Shown one piece after another: positions 1-11,847 of a DNA stretch of 64,000 nt. The notes under the pieces were generated by a model, which did not search any database, was not told the DNA's origin, and worked only from the letters and a program-made list of their open reading frames with translations. A program made the position numbers and the translations under genes. Location: positions 14,937 to 78,936 of the forward strand of contig JBECUI020000047.1 of NCBI GenBank assembly GCA_040954595.2. Reading direction: 5' to 3'. Every line of letters starts with the position of its first letter. The first letter of the stretch is position 1. Source of the stretch: Balanoglossus misakiensis. Lineage: Eukaryota; Animalia; Hemichordata.

Positions 1-1
1 C

Positions 2-781
2 CATACAGGAGGGCTTGCGGGAGAGATTTTCGAAGAACCCCAAGATTCCGAAGAAAGTGAGACTCGTCTTGCTGGATACTCGCTTGGAAATATTACTGGT
101 GAGGAGTATGTAGGAGGGCTTGCCGGATATGCAGGCTGCAATGTCTACGGCTATTCGCAAGGGGAAGTGAGTGGAACAAACCGTATAGGGGGACTAGTAG
201 GAGCTCTTTGGAATTGGGATGCTTTTGGATATAGTACTGCCACGATCGAAGTGAGAAGAACAAATTCCTATCCTGCCTATGGTGGGATAGCCGGGCAGTC
301 GGAGAATGCCAGAGTAATAACAGGCCTTTCATTTATTACACGACTAGGATTGGATCAAGCAAGATTTGGAGGATTAACGGGTGATATATGGCATGCAAAC
401 AAACAAGAACTATATGGGTATTATAGTGCCGTAACTACTGGATTATCCGCCGGCCGGGCCTACTATGCACTGGATAGTTCGAATACTATAATCAATCACG
501 AATATGGACTGCTTAGCAGTGAGCGAAACCTTGAAAGACGAGGATCGGGTACTCCCGACGATCCGTACACCTATTGGGACGATGATGGCGATTCTACTAC
601 CACAACTGCTGGTAAGGAACTGTTTACGAATACACATGGGTTTACCATTCATCAAAACTCAGGAGGAACTACGGATCATTTTGGAGACTGGGTCTGGTTG
701 GGAAACGGCAAAGCACCAGGGCTTTGGGATACGGATGAGAAACGCTACTTTGGCGATCAACCCATATATAAGGAAGATTAG
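2..781 (+). CDS. 3' part of a GLUG-motif surface protein (gene starts before the window); same family as the heads of 49392 and 57757
   Basis: Frame is open from nt 2 (HTGGLAG...YVGGLAGY...RIGGLVG). The C-terminus LERRGSGTPDDPYTYWD...GDWVWLGNGKAPGLWD...YFGDQPIYK matches LLRRGTGSTADPYRYYD...GEYVWVGDGRWPSLWD...YFGSQPEYK of the genes ending at 53640 and 61967. Confidence 0.8.
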   Translation, partial: HTGGLAGEIFEEPQDSEESETRLAGYSLGNITGEEYVGGLAGYAGCNVYGYSQGEVSGTNRIGGLVGALWNWDAFGYSTATIEVRRTNSYPAYGGIAGQSENARVITGLSFITRLGLDQARFGGLTGDIWHANKQELYGYYSAVTTGLSAGRAYYALDSSNTIINHEYGLLSSERNLERRGSGTPDDPYTYWDDDGDSTTTTAGKELFTNTHGFTIHQNSGGTTDHFGDWVWLGNGKAPGLWDTDEKRYFGDQPIYKED

Positions 782-1158
782 GTAAAAATAAGTACAGCCT
801 TTTTCCCCCTGGGGATTCTCGTGGGTGTGTTATTTGATTTTTACTTAATTGTGTACTTAAAATTTATATAAGCCCCCATCCGCCACCCCCACCCTCAAGG
901 GGGTGGTATTGGGAACTACTGCAAAAAGTGGCTGTTTGATTGATCTTTTTCCATGCCGTTCATAAAAAAATCAAATCTTTCTTAAAAAAGTAAAAAAATG
1001 AGCTCCGTGCAAGAACATTTTCGCTGAAATTACCCGTAGTGAATCCCAAAAACAAAACATATCATAGCGTTTTTCCTCTTTACTATCTATTTCGACATCC
1101 CAAAAAGCTCCATTTCATGAGTTTTTTGGAGGGATGTGCTTTTTTTTCAGTATTATAC

Positions 1159-1187
1159 TTGAAACTTTTACCTTTCTGCATTAAACT
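1159..1187 (+). promoter_or_regulatory. sigma70-like promoter of the long-type lipoprotein genes (copies at 6838-6866 and 13051-13079)
   Basis: TTGAAA-N17-TAAACT, followed by GGAGG (1214-1218) and ATG 1225; identical in three copies. Confidence 0.55.
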
Positions 1188-1224
1188 TCTTCGTTAGTAC
1201 TTTATACTGCTTTGGAGGATTATA

Positions 1225-4200
1225 ATGCGCTCAGTCATTATTGCTGTTGCTACAACTTTTCTTGTTGTAGCGTTTGCTTTTGTTATTTCTTGTGGAGGTG
1301 TCGGTACTACAACTGCTCCTCTAGTAAATCCTGCGACTGATCTCTCAGTTACCTTTTCGGCTGCTGATGAGATTGCTGTTTCATGGGCTGCACCCGATCA
1401 GGAAACATACACCTATACCGTTACTCTGCAGGATCCGGATGGCAACATTGTTGCAGAAGAACTGGCAGAGACCACTACTCATACGTTTACTGGACTCACT
1501 CTTTCGCCAAAAACGGTCTACACCGTAGAGGTTACCGTACACAAAGGTGGGGGAACTTCGGAAGTAATTACCCTTCCCACACCACAAACAGGTGATGTCG
1601 TCTCTCCAGGAAGTAGTGTTACGGATGTGCAAGTGCCACAAGCAGAAGAAAGAGGACTGACCGTTACCTGGACAGCTCCGACAACAACAACACCAGTAGA
1701 ACACCATCTCATTCGTTTGACACCAAAAGGTGGAACGGCACTGGAAGATATTATAGTACCTGGTGACGTAAACGAGTATCTCGTCACTGGCTTGGAGCCG
1801 GGAACAGAGTATACGGTGTCTGTCATAACCGTCTATACAGAAGGACAGAGCACCGCCATACAGACCGAGGTGCAAACAGGGATTGGAACCCTGCAAATTG
1901 ATCATTTTGAAGCATCAGCAACAGCTATTGATATCTGGTGGCAAGACATTGCACCGCAGGAACTGACCTATAGCGTCTATTTTTCTTTGGATGAGGCAAC
2001 GGTCAAAGATGAGGCAAACAAACAAGAAGGTGTAACATACGATGATGCCCAAAGTATGTGGAAACTCAGCCTAACCGGACTCACTCCAGAGACTGTCTAC
2101 CATGTATTTATTCAGGCAACAGGAGCAATTACTGCAGAAAGTGTGGTGGAGCAAGTCACAACAGGGACATCGGGAGCAGCAGCACCCCCGGCAGTTTCTG
2201 TAGATACAATCATCAAAGATGAAACCGAGAAAGAGGTTGGTTCTTTGAAACTGAACTGGGGTCCTGTCCGAGGAAAGGATGCCGAGGGAAACTTTGTTGA
2301 TAGTACCTACATGGTAGAGTATAGCCTTCCCCCAGAGACCAATTGGATCAGTGAAACCGTACTTGTACCCTCCATCACCCTTACTGGGTTAGAGGAAGCA
2401 AGTGAGTATAATATTCGCATACAAGCAATCAGTACCTTTGACACAAACATGATGAGTGACTGGACCGAAGTATCACTTTTTACGAATGGCATTCGTCCAT
2501 TAGCGATACACGATAGCAGTGGAGCAATTACTGAGTTAACCATATCAGCAGGAGAAAAAAAGCAGTTAAGCGTTCCTGCATCCCTCTGGATCAATGTGGA
2601 TGATACGGCCGTAACATGGACAAGTAGTAGTGATGCAGTGGTAAGGGTCGTTGATGGAGAGGTAGAAGCAGTAACAGAAGGAACAGCAAGCATAACCGCA
2701 ACGGCTGTTGCAGATATTCAGAAAACAGTAACCATCGATGTTACGGTGCCCGGATTTGGTCTGATTGGATCTGAAGTATCGGCAACGGGTATAAATCTGA
2801 ACTGGAGTGCCGTCTCAACTGCATTGTTGACATACGAGGTCTATCTCTCGAATAACGAGAACGGTCTTGTTGAAGCGGGGAATAAGCAGGACGTTCCGGT
2901 ATTGGATGAGGTAACAAATCGATGGACACTGAGCATAATTGGACTACATCCCGAAACGACCTACTATGTTGTTGTTCGTGCAATAGGAGATGGGGGAGTC
3001 AGTGTAGAAACAAACACCACCACCATCACGACCGCCCAATCAGGAGCACGAGCACCGGCAGCAGTTGATGAACATAGCGTTAGCAAGGATGAAGCCGTAA
3101 AGGAGATTGGATCACTCAAACTGAACTGGGTTGCTGTCCAGGGAACCGATGTAAATGGAAACTTCGTTGACAGTACCTATAATGTGGAGTATCGCCTCAG
3201 TAGCAGTACTGGATCATGGACGGGGGCATCGCCAAGCTCCAGTCCTACCATTACCCTCACCGGGTTAACGGGGGCAAGTGAATACTATATTCGTATTCAG
3301 GCAGTCAATACTGCTGATTCAAACTTGTCCAGTGCCACAATAGAAGCAGGGCCATTTTTTGCGAACGGGATCCACGCATTAGATATCCATGATGCTCAAG
3401 GTTACCACGTCACCGAATTGACTCTTACTGTTGGTGAGAGCCAAACGCTGAATGTCCCTGGAAGATACTGGGTCAATGTAGAGAATACCTCAGTAAGCTG
3501 GGTAAGTAGTGACAATACCATTGTAGAAGTAACAGATGGAAGGGTTGAGGCAATAACAGATGGAAGTGCCACAATAACGGCAGCGGCAGAAGCAGACTTA
3601 ACCAATTCTACATCGATAACGGTTACAGTTCCAGGATTAAGCAATGTGGTTCTGTATGGTGAGACTAGCCTTACTACTACCTATGGAGAAACAGTTTCGC
3701 TTGTTCCTGCACCAACTAATCTACCGGCAGCAGGATTGTCGTTGACCTACACAGGTACGGACACTGTCGCGGGCATTACCGTGGCAAACGATGGAACCAT
3801 AACTATTGGTGACACCACATCGGCAGGGGATCATACCCTGACCATAACAGCGAGTGCCGATGGCTACACGAGTACGGCAAGTCATCAGATAGCCATAACA
3901 GTCAATCCGAAGGCAACGGATGAGTATCTGGTCTATCCAGAAGGAGAATTTACTAGGGGAGAGGCATATACACCAACTAGATCTGCCCCACCGGAAGCTG
4001 GATTGAGTTATGCCATGAATCCAATTCCGACTGGATGGAGCATTGACACAACAAGTGGGACCATCTCTATCGCTTCAGATGCAGAAGCTGGGCTACAAAC
4101 GGTTACTGTAACGGCAAGTCCAAGCAGTACTAACTATGCCCCTGGCAGTGTTGAGTTGTCTAAGACAATTGCCGACCTGACGTCCTTTATAACACGATGG

Positions 4201-5310
4201 GAAACAACAGAAGCCAATCAAAGGGTGGTGATTCCCGTGGGAGGCGGTACAGCAAGCTATAATATAGACTGGGGCGATGGAGCAGCGGTAGAAACACTTT
4301 CTGTCACAGCAGGCCATACCTATGCAGAAGCAGGAGAATACACCGTTACGATAAGTAATAGTTTCCAGCAGATACGGCTGGGAGAAACAACAGCAGAAAT
4401 AGCAGCACTCCTTAAGTCCATTGATCAGTGGGGCACCGCACAATGGATTAGTATGGGGTTGGCATTTGCCAATGCCAGCAACATGACGATGGCAGCAACC
4501 GACATTCCTGATCTCTCAGGAGTAACCGATATGTCTTCCATGTTTTCCTCTGCCAGCAGCTTCAATGGAGCTATCGGTGGCTGGGACACCTCCAATGTAA
4601 CCGATATGCGTAACATGTTCTCTGGGACAAGCGTCTTTAATCAGGACTTGAGCAACTGGGACACTAGCGCGGTAACCGATATGTCTTTCATGTTTTCCTC
4701 TGCCAGCAGCTTCAATGGAGCTATCGGTGGCTGGGACACCTCCAAGGTAACCAAGATGAATAGCATGTTCTCTGGGGCAAGCGTCTTTAATCAGGACTTG
4801 AGCAACTGGAGCACTAGCGCGGTCACCGATATGAATAACATGTTCGTTGGGGCAAGTGCTTTTAATCAGGACTTGAGCAACTGGAACACCTCCAATGTAA
4901 CCGATATGAGTTTCATGTTCCTTGGGGCAATTGTCTTTAATCAGGACTTGAGCAAGTGGAACATCTCCCAGGTAACCAATATGACTAGCATGTTCCTTAA
5001 TGCAAACCAATTCGTTCAAGACCTCGGTCCATGGTATATTACCTTACCGCAGACGACCATCTCGGTAGGCACGCCATTAACCATTGCAGCACAGAATAAC
5101 GTCCTTGAAGCACAACTGGGCAATCCGAAGTACATTCTGCCGGTAGATAGTACAACCGACAACGATAAGTTCAGCATTACCAGCGGAACAACCTTGAATG
5201 TCGAGAACAGTACTCTGTCTGGTCCCTATACGATAAAGATAGAAGCAGCAGATGCCGATTTTAGTACACCACTGAACCCAACTGTGGAGTTTAATATAAC
5301 GGTACCGTAG
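1225..5310 (+). CDS. Long-type surface lipoprotein: multiple FN3 + Ig-like (Big_2) + PKD + 6 BspA/DUF285 repeats + C-terminal Ig/cadherin-like domain
   Basis: 1361 aa intact ORF; GGAGG RBS; signal peptide ending VISC; FN3 motifs (GLEPGTEYTVSV); WTSSSDAVVRVVDG Big_2 motif; IDWGDG PKD motif; FNxDLSNWDTSxVTDMxxMF repeats. Confidence 0.9.
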   Translation: MRSVIIAVATTFLVVAFAFVISCGGVGTTTAPLVNPATDLSVTFSAADEIAVSWAAPDQETYTYTVTLQDPDGNIVAEELAETTTHTFTGLTLSPKTVYTVEVTVHKGGGTSEVITLPTPQTGDVVSPGSSVTDVQVPQAEERGLTVTWTAPTTTTPVEHHLIRLTPKGGTALEDIIVPGDVNEYLVTGLEPGTEYTVSVITVYTEGQSTAIQTEVQTGIGTLQIDHFEASATAIDIWWQDIAPQELTYSVYFSLDEATVKDEANKQEGVTYDDAQSMWKLSLTGLTPETVYHVFIQATGAITAESVVEQVTTGTSGAAAPPAVSVDTIIKDETEKEVGSLKLNWGPVRGKDAEGNFVDSTYMVEYSLPPETNWISETVLVPSITLTGLEEASEYNIRIQAISTFDTNMMSDWTEVSLFTNGIRPLAIHDSSGAITELTISAGEKKQLSVPASLWINVDDTAVTWTSSSDAVVRVVDGEVEAVTEGTASITATAVADIQKTVTIDVTVPGFGLIGSEVSATGINLNWSAVSTALLTYEVYLSNNENGLVEAGNKQDVPVLDEVTNRWTLSIIGLHPETTYYVVVRAIGDGGVSVETNTTTITTAQSGARAPAAVDEHSVSKDEAVKEIGSLKLNWVAVQGTDVNGNFVDSTYNVEYRLSSSTGSWTGASPSSSPTITLTGLTGASEYYIRIQAVNTADSNLSSATIEAGPFFANGIHALDIHDAQGYHVTELTLTVGESQTLNVPGRYWVNVENTSVSWVSSDNTIVEVTDGRVEAITDGSATITAAAEADLTNSTSITVTVPGLSNVVLYGETSLTTTYGETVSLVPAPTNLPAAGLSLTYTGTDTVAGITVANDGTITIGDTTSAGDHTLTITASADGYTSTASHQIAITVNPKATDEYLVYPEGEFTRGEAYTPTRSAPPEAGLSYAMNPIPTGWSIDTTSGTISIASDAEAGLQTVTVTASPSSTNYAPGSVELSKTIADLTSFITRWETTEANQRVVIPVGGGTASYNIDWGDGAAVETLSVTAGHTYAEAGEYTVTISNSFQQIRLGETTAEIAALLKSIDQWGTAQWISMGLAFANASNMTMAATDIPDLSGVTDMSSMFSSASSFNGAIGGWDTSNVTDMRNMFSGTSVFNQDLSNWDTSAVTDMSFMFSSASSFNGAIGGWDTSKVTKMNSMFSGASVFNQDLSNWSTSAVTDMNNMFVGASAFNQDLSNWNTSNVTDMSFMFLGAIVFNQDLSKWNISQVTNMTSMFLNANQFVQDLGPWYITLPQTTISVGTPLTIAAQNNVLEAQLGNPKYILPVDSTTDNDKFSITSGTTLNVENSTLSGPYTIKIEAADADFSTPLNPTVEFNITVP

Positions 5311-5319
5311 CCATTTCCG

Positions 5320-5355
5320 AAAAACAGCGGGGCTTTAGTGCTCCGCTGTTTTTTT
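5320..5355 (+). terminator. Rho-independent terminator, repeated after almost every BspA-type gene (also ~11526, 17373, 20978, 24461, 28065, 31545, 35437, 41427, 44175, 48573, 56897)
   Basis: AAAACAGCGGGGC-tttagt-GCTCCGCTGTTTTTTT hairpin plus T tail about 10 nt after the stop. Other copies show a compensatory change (AACAACAGCGG...CCGCTGTTGTT). Confidence 0.85.
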
Positions 5356-5640
5356 GACTATAGTTTTATCCCCTCCACAGCCCCCCCATTGTTGTATCAA
5401 TAACCCCTGCGCAATCTATCTGATTTGATTGAAACTTTCCCTTTGCGCATTATCTTTTTAAGGCTCTTGGGCTGATAGGGGACTCTGTCTCGGGTTACAA
5501 AGATGTGGCTGCTCTGCTTGCTTATAGCCAAAGCAGCCAAACGGACAGCTATGCCACCGGGATTGTCTCTGGGGGGTAGTTTACAAGGTACCATAACCAA
5601 CAGCTACCGCTACGACAAGCAGATCATCCCCTGAGCAATA

Positions 5641-6723
5641 CTAACTATGCAGGGGGGAGTGTTGCATTGACTAAGTCTGTTGCCGCCCCGTCGTCCTTTG
5701 TAACACTACCTGGGAAACAACAGCAGCCAATCAAAGCGTGGTGATTCCCGTGGGAAGTCGTACAGCAAGTTATGATATAGACTGGGGCGATGGAACGGTA
5801 GAAACACTTTCTCCACAGCAAGCATACCTATGCAGCAGCAGGGGAATACACAGTTACGATAAGTAATAGTTTCCACTAGATACGGCTGACAGATACAACA
5901 GCAGAAATAGCAGCACGCCTTAAGTCCATTGATCAGTGGGGCACAGCACAATGGATTAGTATGGGGGGGGCATTTGCCAATGCCAGCAACATGACGATGG
6001 CAGCAACCGACATTCCTGATCTCTCAGGAGTAGCCGATATGGGTTCCATGTTTGCCTCTGCAAGCAGCTTCAATGGAGCTGTCGGTGGCTGGGATACGTC
6101 AAATGTAACTGATATGGGTAGCATGTTCTCTGGGGCAAGTGCCTTCAATGGAGCACTTAGTGGTTGGGATACGTCAGTGGAATAAACCATATAGGGGGAT
6201 TAGTAGAAGTATTTGGGCTTGGAGTGTTTTGGATATAGTACTGCCACGATCGAAGCGAGAAGCGCAGATATATCCTATTCTGCCTATGGTGGGTTAGTCG
6301 GGAAGTTGGAGGATGCCAGAGTACTAACTTTCCTTTATTACACGAACAGGATTGCAACAAGCAGACATTGGAGGATTAACGGGTGATATATTTAATGCAA
6401 ACAGACAAGAACTATATGGGTATTATAGTGCCGTAACTACTGGATTATCCGCCGACCAGGCCTACTATGAACTGAAAGACGAGGATGGGCACTCCCGACA
6501 ATATCCTGTACACCTATTGGGACGACGATGGCGATTCTACTACCACAACTGCTGGTACGGAACTGTTTGCGAATACATGTGGGTTTACCATTCATCAAAA
6601 CTCAGGCGGAACTGCGACCATTTTGGAGACTGGGTCTGGTTGGGAAACGGCAAAGCACCAAGACTCTGGGATACGGATGAGAAACGCTACCTTGGCGATC
6701 AGCCCATACACAAGGAAGAATAG
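5641..6723 (+). pseudogene. Chimeric remnant: PKD + 2 BspA repeats fused to a decayed GLUG-type C-terminus
   Basis: Homologous to 4130-4650 (in-frame TAG at ~5877, indels), then from ~6172 homologous to 167-781 with deletions; no start or signal peptide. Confidence 0.8.
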
Positions 6724-6903
6724 TAGAGAAAATGCTTTACCCCCCTTATCCTTATAATCTCTATTTCGACATCCCAAAAACCTCCGTTTTATAAGCTTTT
6801 TTTTGGGGGGGGATTTGCTTCTTTCACAGTATTATACTTGAAACTTTTACCTTTCTGCATTAAACTTCTTCGTTAGTACTTTATACTGCTTTGGAGGTTT
6901 ATA

Positions 6904-9900
6904 ATGCGCTCAGTCATTATTGCTGTTGCTACAACTTTTCTTGTTGTAGCGTTTGCTTTTGTTATTTCTTGTGGAGGTGTCGGTACTACAACTGCTCCTC
7001 TAGTAAATCCTGCGACTGATCTCTCAGTTTCCTTTTCGGCTGCTGATGAGATTGCTGTTTCATGGGCTGCACCCGATCAGGAAACATACACCTATACCGT
7101 TACCCTGCAGGATCCGGATGGCAACATTGTTGCAGAAGAACTGGCAGAGACCACTACTCATACGTTTACTGGACTCACTCTTTCGCCAAAAAACGGTCTA
7201 CACCGTAGAGGTTACCGTACACAAAGGTGGGGGGAACTTCGGAAGTAATTACCCTTCCCACACCACAAACAGGTGATGTCGTCTCTCTAGGAGTAGTGTT
7301 ACGGATGTGCAAGTGCCACAAGCAGAAGAAAGAGGACTGACCGTTACCTGGACAGCTCCGACAACAACAACACCAGTAGAACACCATCTCATTCGTTTGA
7401 CACCAAAAGGTGGAACGGCACTGGAAGATATTATAGTACCTGGTGACGTAAACGAGTATGTCGTCACTGGCTTGGAGCCGGGAACAGAGTATACGGTGTC
7501 TGTCATAACCGTCTATACAGAAGGACAGAGCACCGCCATACAGACCGAGGTGCAAACAGGGATTGGAACCCTGCAAATTGATCATTTTGAAGCATCAGCA
7601 ACAGCTATTGATATCTGGTGGCAAGACATTGCACCGCAGGAACTGACCTATAGCGTCTATTTTTCTTTGGATGAGGCAACGGTCAAAGATGAGGCAAACA
7701 AACAAGAAGGTGTAACATACGATGATGCCCAAAGTATGTGGAAACTCAGCCTAACCGGACTCACTCCAGAGACTGTCTACCATGTATTTATTCAGGCAAC
7801 AGGAGCAATTACTGCAGAAAAGTGTGGTGGAGCAAGTCACAACAGGGACATCGGGAGCAGCAGCACCTCCGGCAGTTTCTGTAGATACAATCAGCAAAGA
7901 TGAAACCGAGAAAGAGGTTGGTTCTTTGAAACTGAACTGGGGTCCTGTCCGAGGAAAGGATGCCGAGGGAAACTTTGTTGATAGTACCTACATGGTAGAG
8001 TATAGCCTTCCCCCAGAGACCAATTGGATCAGTGAAACCGTACTTGTACCCTCCATCACCCTTACTGGGTTAGAGGAAGCAAGTGAGTATAATATTCGCA
8101 TACAAGCAATCAGTACCTTTGACACAAACATGATGAGTGACTGGACCGAAGTTATCACTTTTTACGAATGGCATTCGTCCATTAGCGATACACGATAGCA
8201 GTGGAGCAATTACTGAGTTAACCATATCAGCAGGAGAAAAAAAGCAGTTAAGCGTTCCTGCATCCCTCTGGATCAATGTGGATGATACGGCCGTAACATG
8301 GACAAGTAGTAGTGATGCAGTGGTAAGGGTCGTTGATGGAGAGGTAGAAGCAGTAACAGAAGGAACAGCAAGCATAACCGCAACGGCTGTTGCAGATATT
8401 CAGAAAACAGTAACCATCGATGTTACGGTGCCCGGATTTGGTCTGATTGGTTCTGAAGTATCGGCAACGGGTATAAATCTGAACTGGAGTGCCGTCTCAA
8501 CTGCATTGTTGACATACGAGGTCTATCTCTCGAATATCGAGAACGGTCTTGTTGAAGCGGGGAATAAGCAGGACGTTCCGGTATTGGATGAGGTAACAAA
8601 TCGATGGACACTGAGCATAATTGGACTATCTCCCGCAACGACCTACTATGTTGTTGTTCGTGCAATAGGAGATGGGGGAGTCAGTGTAGAAACAAACACC
8701 ACCACCATCACGACCGCCGAATCAGGAGCACGAGCACCGGCAGCAGTTGATGAACATAGCGTTAGCAAGGATGAAGCCGTAAAGGAGATTGGATCACTCA
8801 AACTGAACTGGGTTGCTGTCCAGGGAACCGATGTAAATGGAACCTTCGTTGACAGTACCTATAATGTGGAGTATCGCCTCAGTAGCAGTACTGGAACATG
8901 GACGGGGGCATCGCCAAGCTCCAGTCCTACCATTACCCTCACCGGGTTAACGGGGGCAAGTGAATACTATATTCGTATTCAGGCAGTCAATACTGCTGAT
9001 TCAAACTTGTCCAGTGCCACAATAGAAGCAGGGCCATTTTTTGCGAACGGGATCCACGCATTAGATATCCATGATGCTCAAGGTTATCACGTCACCGAAT
9101 TGACTCTTACTGTTGGTGAGAGCCAAACGCTGAATGTCCCTGGAAGATACTGGGTCAATGTAGAGAATACCTCAGTAAGCTGGTTAAGTAGTGAAAATAC
9201 CATTGTAGAAGTAACAGATGGAAGGGTTGAGGCAATAACAGATGGAAGTGCCACAATAACGGCAGCGGCAGAAGCAGACTTAACAATTCTGCATCGATAA
9301 CGGTTACAGTTCCAGGATTAAGCAATGTGGTTCTGTATGGTGAGACTAGCCTTGCTACTACCTATGGAGAAACAGTTTCGCTTGTTCCTGCACCAACTAA
9401 TCTACCGGCAGTAGGATTGTCGTTGACCTACACAGGTACGGACACTGTCGCGGGCATTACCGTGGCAAACGATGGAACCATAACTATTGGTGACACCACA
9501 TCGGCAGGGGATCATAACCTGACCATAACAGCGAGTGCCGATGGCTACACGAGTACGGCAAGTCATCAGATAGCCATAACAGTCAATCCGAAGGCAACGG
9601 ATGAGTATCTGGTCTATCCAGAAGGAGAATTTACTAGGGGAGAGGCATATACACCAACTAGATCTGCCCCACCGGAAGCTGGATTGAGTTATGCCATGAA
9701 TCCAACTCCGACTGGATGGAGCATTGACACAACAAGTGGGACCATCTCTATAGCTTCAGATGCACAAGCTGGGGTAGAACAAACGGTTACTGTAACGGCA
9801 AGTCCAAACAATCCTAACTATGCCCCTGGCAGTGTTGAGTTGTCTAAGACAATTGCCGACCTGACGTCCTTTATAACACGATGGGAAACAACAGAAGCCA

Positions 9901-11516
9901 ATCAAATGGTGGTGATTCCCGTGGGAGACGGTACAGCAAGCTATAATATAGACTGGGGCGATGGAACGGAAGAAACACATGCTGTCACAGCAAGTCATAC
10001 CTATGGAGAAGCAGGAGAATACACCGTTACAATAAGTAATAGTTTCCAGCAGATACGGCTGGTAGAAACAACACAAGAAATAGCAGCACGCCTTAAGTCC
10101 ATTGATCAGTGGGGCACCGCACAATGGATTAGTATGGAGGGGGCATTTGCCAATGCCAGCAACATGACGATGGCAGCAACCGACATTCCTGATCTCTCAG
10201 GAGTAACCGAGATGTCTTCCATGTTTGCCTCTGCCATCAGCTTCAATGGAGCTATCGGTGGCTGGGACACGTCAAATGTAACCGATATGTCTTACATGTT
10301 TGCCTCTGCTAGCAGCTTCAATGGAGCTATCGGTGGCTGGAACACGTCCAAAGTAACCAATATGGCTGGCATGTTCTCTGGGACCAACGTCTTTGATCAG
10401 GACTTGAACAACTGGGACACTAGCGCGGTCACCGATATGTCTTACATGTTTGCCTCTGCCATCAGCTTCAATGGAGCTATCGGTGGCTGGGACACGTCAA
10501 ATGTAACCAATATGAATGGCATGTTTGCCTCTGCTAGCAGCTTCAATGGAGCTATCGGTGGCTGGAACACGTCCAAAGTAACCAATATGGATAGTATGTT
10601 CTCTGGGAACCAACGTCTTTGATCAGGACTTGAACAACTGGGACACTAGCGCGGTCACCGATATGTCTTACATGTTTGCCTCTGCCATCAGCTTCAATGG
10701 AGCTATCGGTGGCTGGGACACGTCAAATGTAACCAATATGAATGGCATGTTTGCCTCTGCTAGCAGCTTCAATGGAGCTATCGGTGGCTGGAACACGTCC
10801 AAAGTAACCAATATGGATAGCATGTTCTCTGGGACCAACGTCTTTGATCAGGACTTGAACAACTGGGACACCTAGCGCGGTCACCGATATGTCTTACATG
10901 TTTGCCTCTGCCATCAGCTTCAATGGAGCTATCGGTGGCTGGGACACCTCCAATGTAACCACTATGCGTAACATGTTCTCTGGGGCAAGCGTCTTTGATC
11001 AGGACTTGAACAACTGGAGCACTAGCGCAGTCACCGATATGTATAGCATGTTCGCTGGGGCAAGTGCTTTTAATCAGGACTTGAGCAACTGGAACACCTC
11101 CAATGTAACCGATATGGTTTTCATGTTCCTTGGGCAATTACCTTTAATCAGGACTTGAGCAAGTGGAACATCTCCCAGGTAACCGATATGAATGCCATGT
11201 TCTTTGGGGCAAACGAATTCGTTCAAGACCTCGGTCCATGGTATATTACCTTACCGCAGACGACCATCTCGGTAGGCACGCCATTAACCATTGCAGCACA
11301 GAATAACGTCCTTGAAGCACAACTGGCAATCCGAAGTACATTCTGCCGGTAGATAGTACAACCGACAACGATAAGTTCAGCATTACCAGCGGAACAACCT
11401 TGAATGTCGAGAACAGTACTCTGTCTGGTTTCTATACGATAAAGATAGAAGCAGCAGATGCCGATTTTAGTACACCACTGAACCCAACTGTGGAGTTTAA
11501 TATAACGGTACCGTAG
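6904..11516 (+). pseudogene. Long-type FN3/Ig/PKD/BspA lipoprotein with 13 repeats, broken by many 1-bp frameshifts (some possibly assembly errors)
   Basis: Near-identical to 1225-5310. ORF pieces 6904-7248, 7307-7903, 7782-8198, 8137-9300, 9327-10622, 10630-10875, 10889-11158 and 11155-11352 tile the protein; same end VEFNITVP-TAG at 11516. Confidence 0.8.
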
Positions 11517-11847
11517 CCATTTCCGAAAAACAGCGGGGCTTTAGTGCTCCGCTGTTTTTTTGACTATAGTTTTACCCCCTCCACAGCCCCCCCATTGTTG
11601 TATCAATAACCCCTGCGCAATCTATCTGATTTGATAGAAACTTTGCCCTTTGAGCATTATCTTTTTAAGGCTCTTGGGCTGATAGGGGACTCTGTCTCGG
11701 GTTACAAAGATGTGGCCGCTCTGCTTGCTTATAGCCAAAGCAGCCAAACGGGCAGCTATGCCACCGGGATTGTCTCTGGGGGGGGTAGTTTACAAGGTAC
11801 CATAACCAACAGCTACCGCTACGACAAGCAGATCATCCCCTGAGCAA

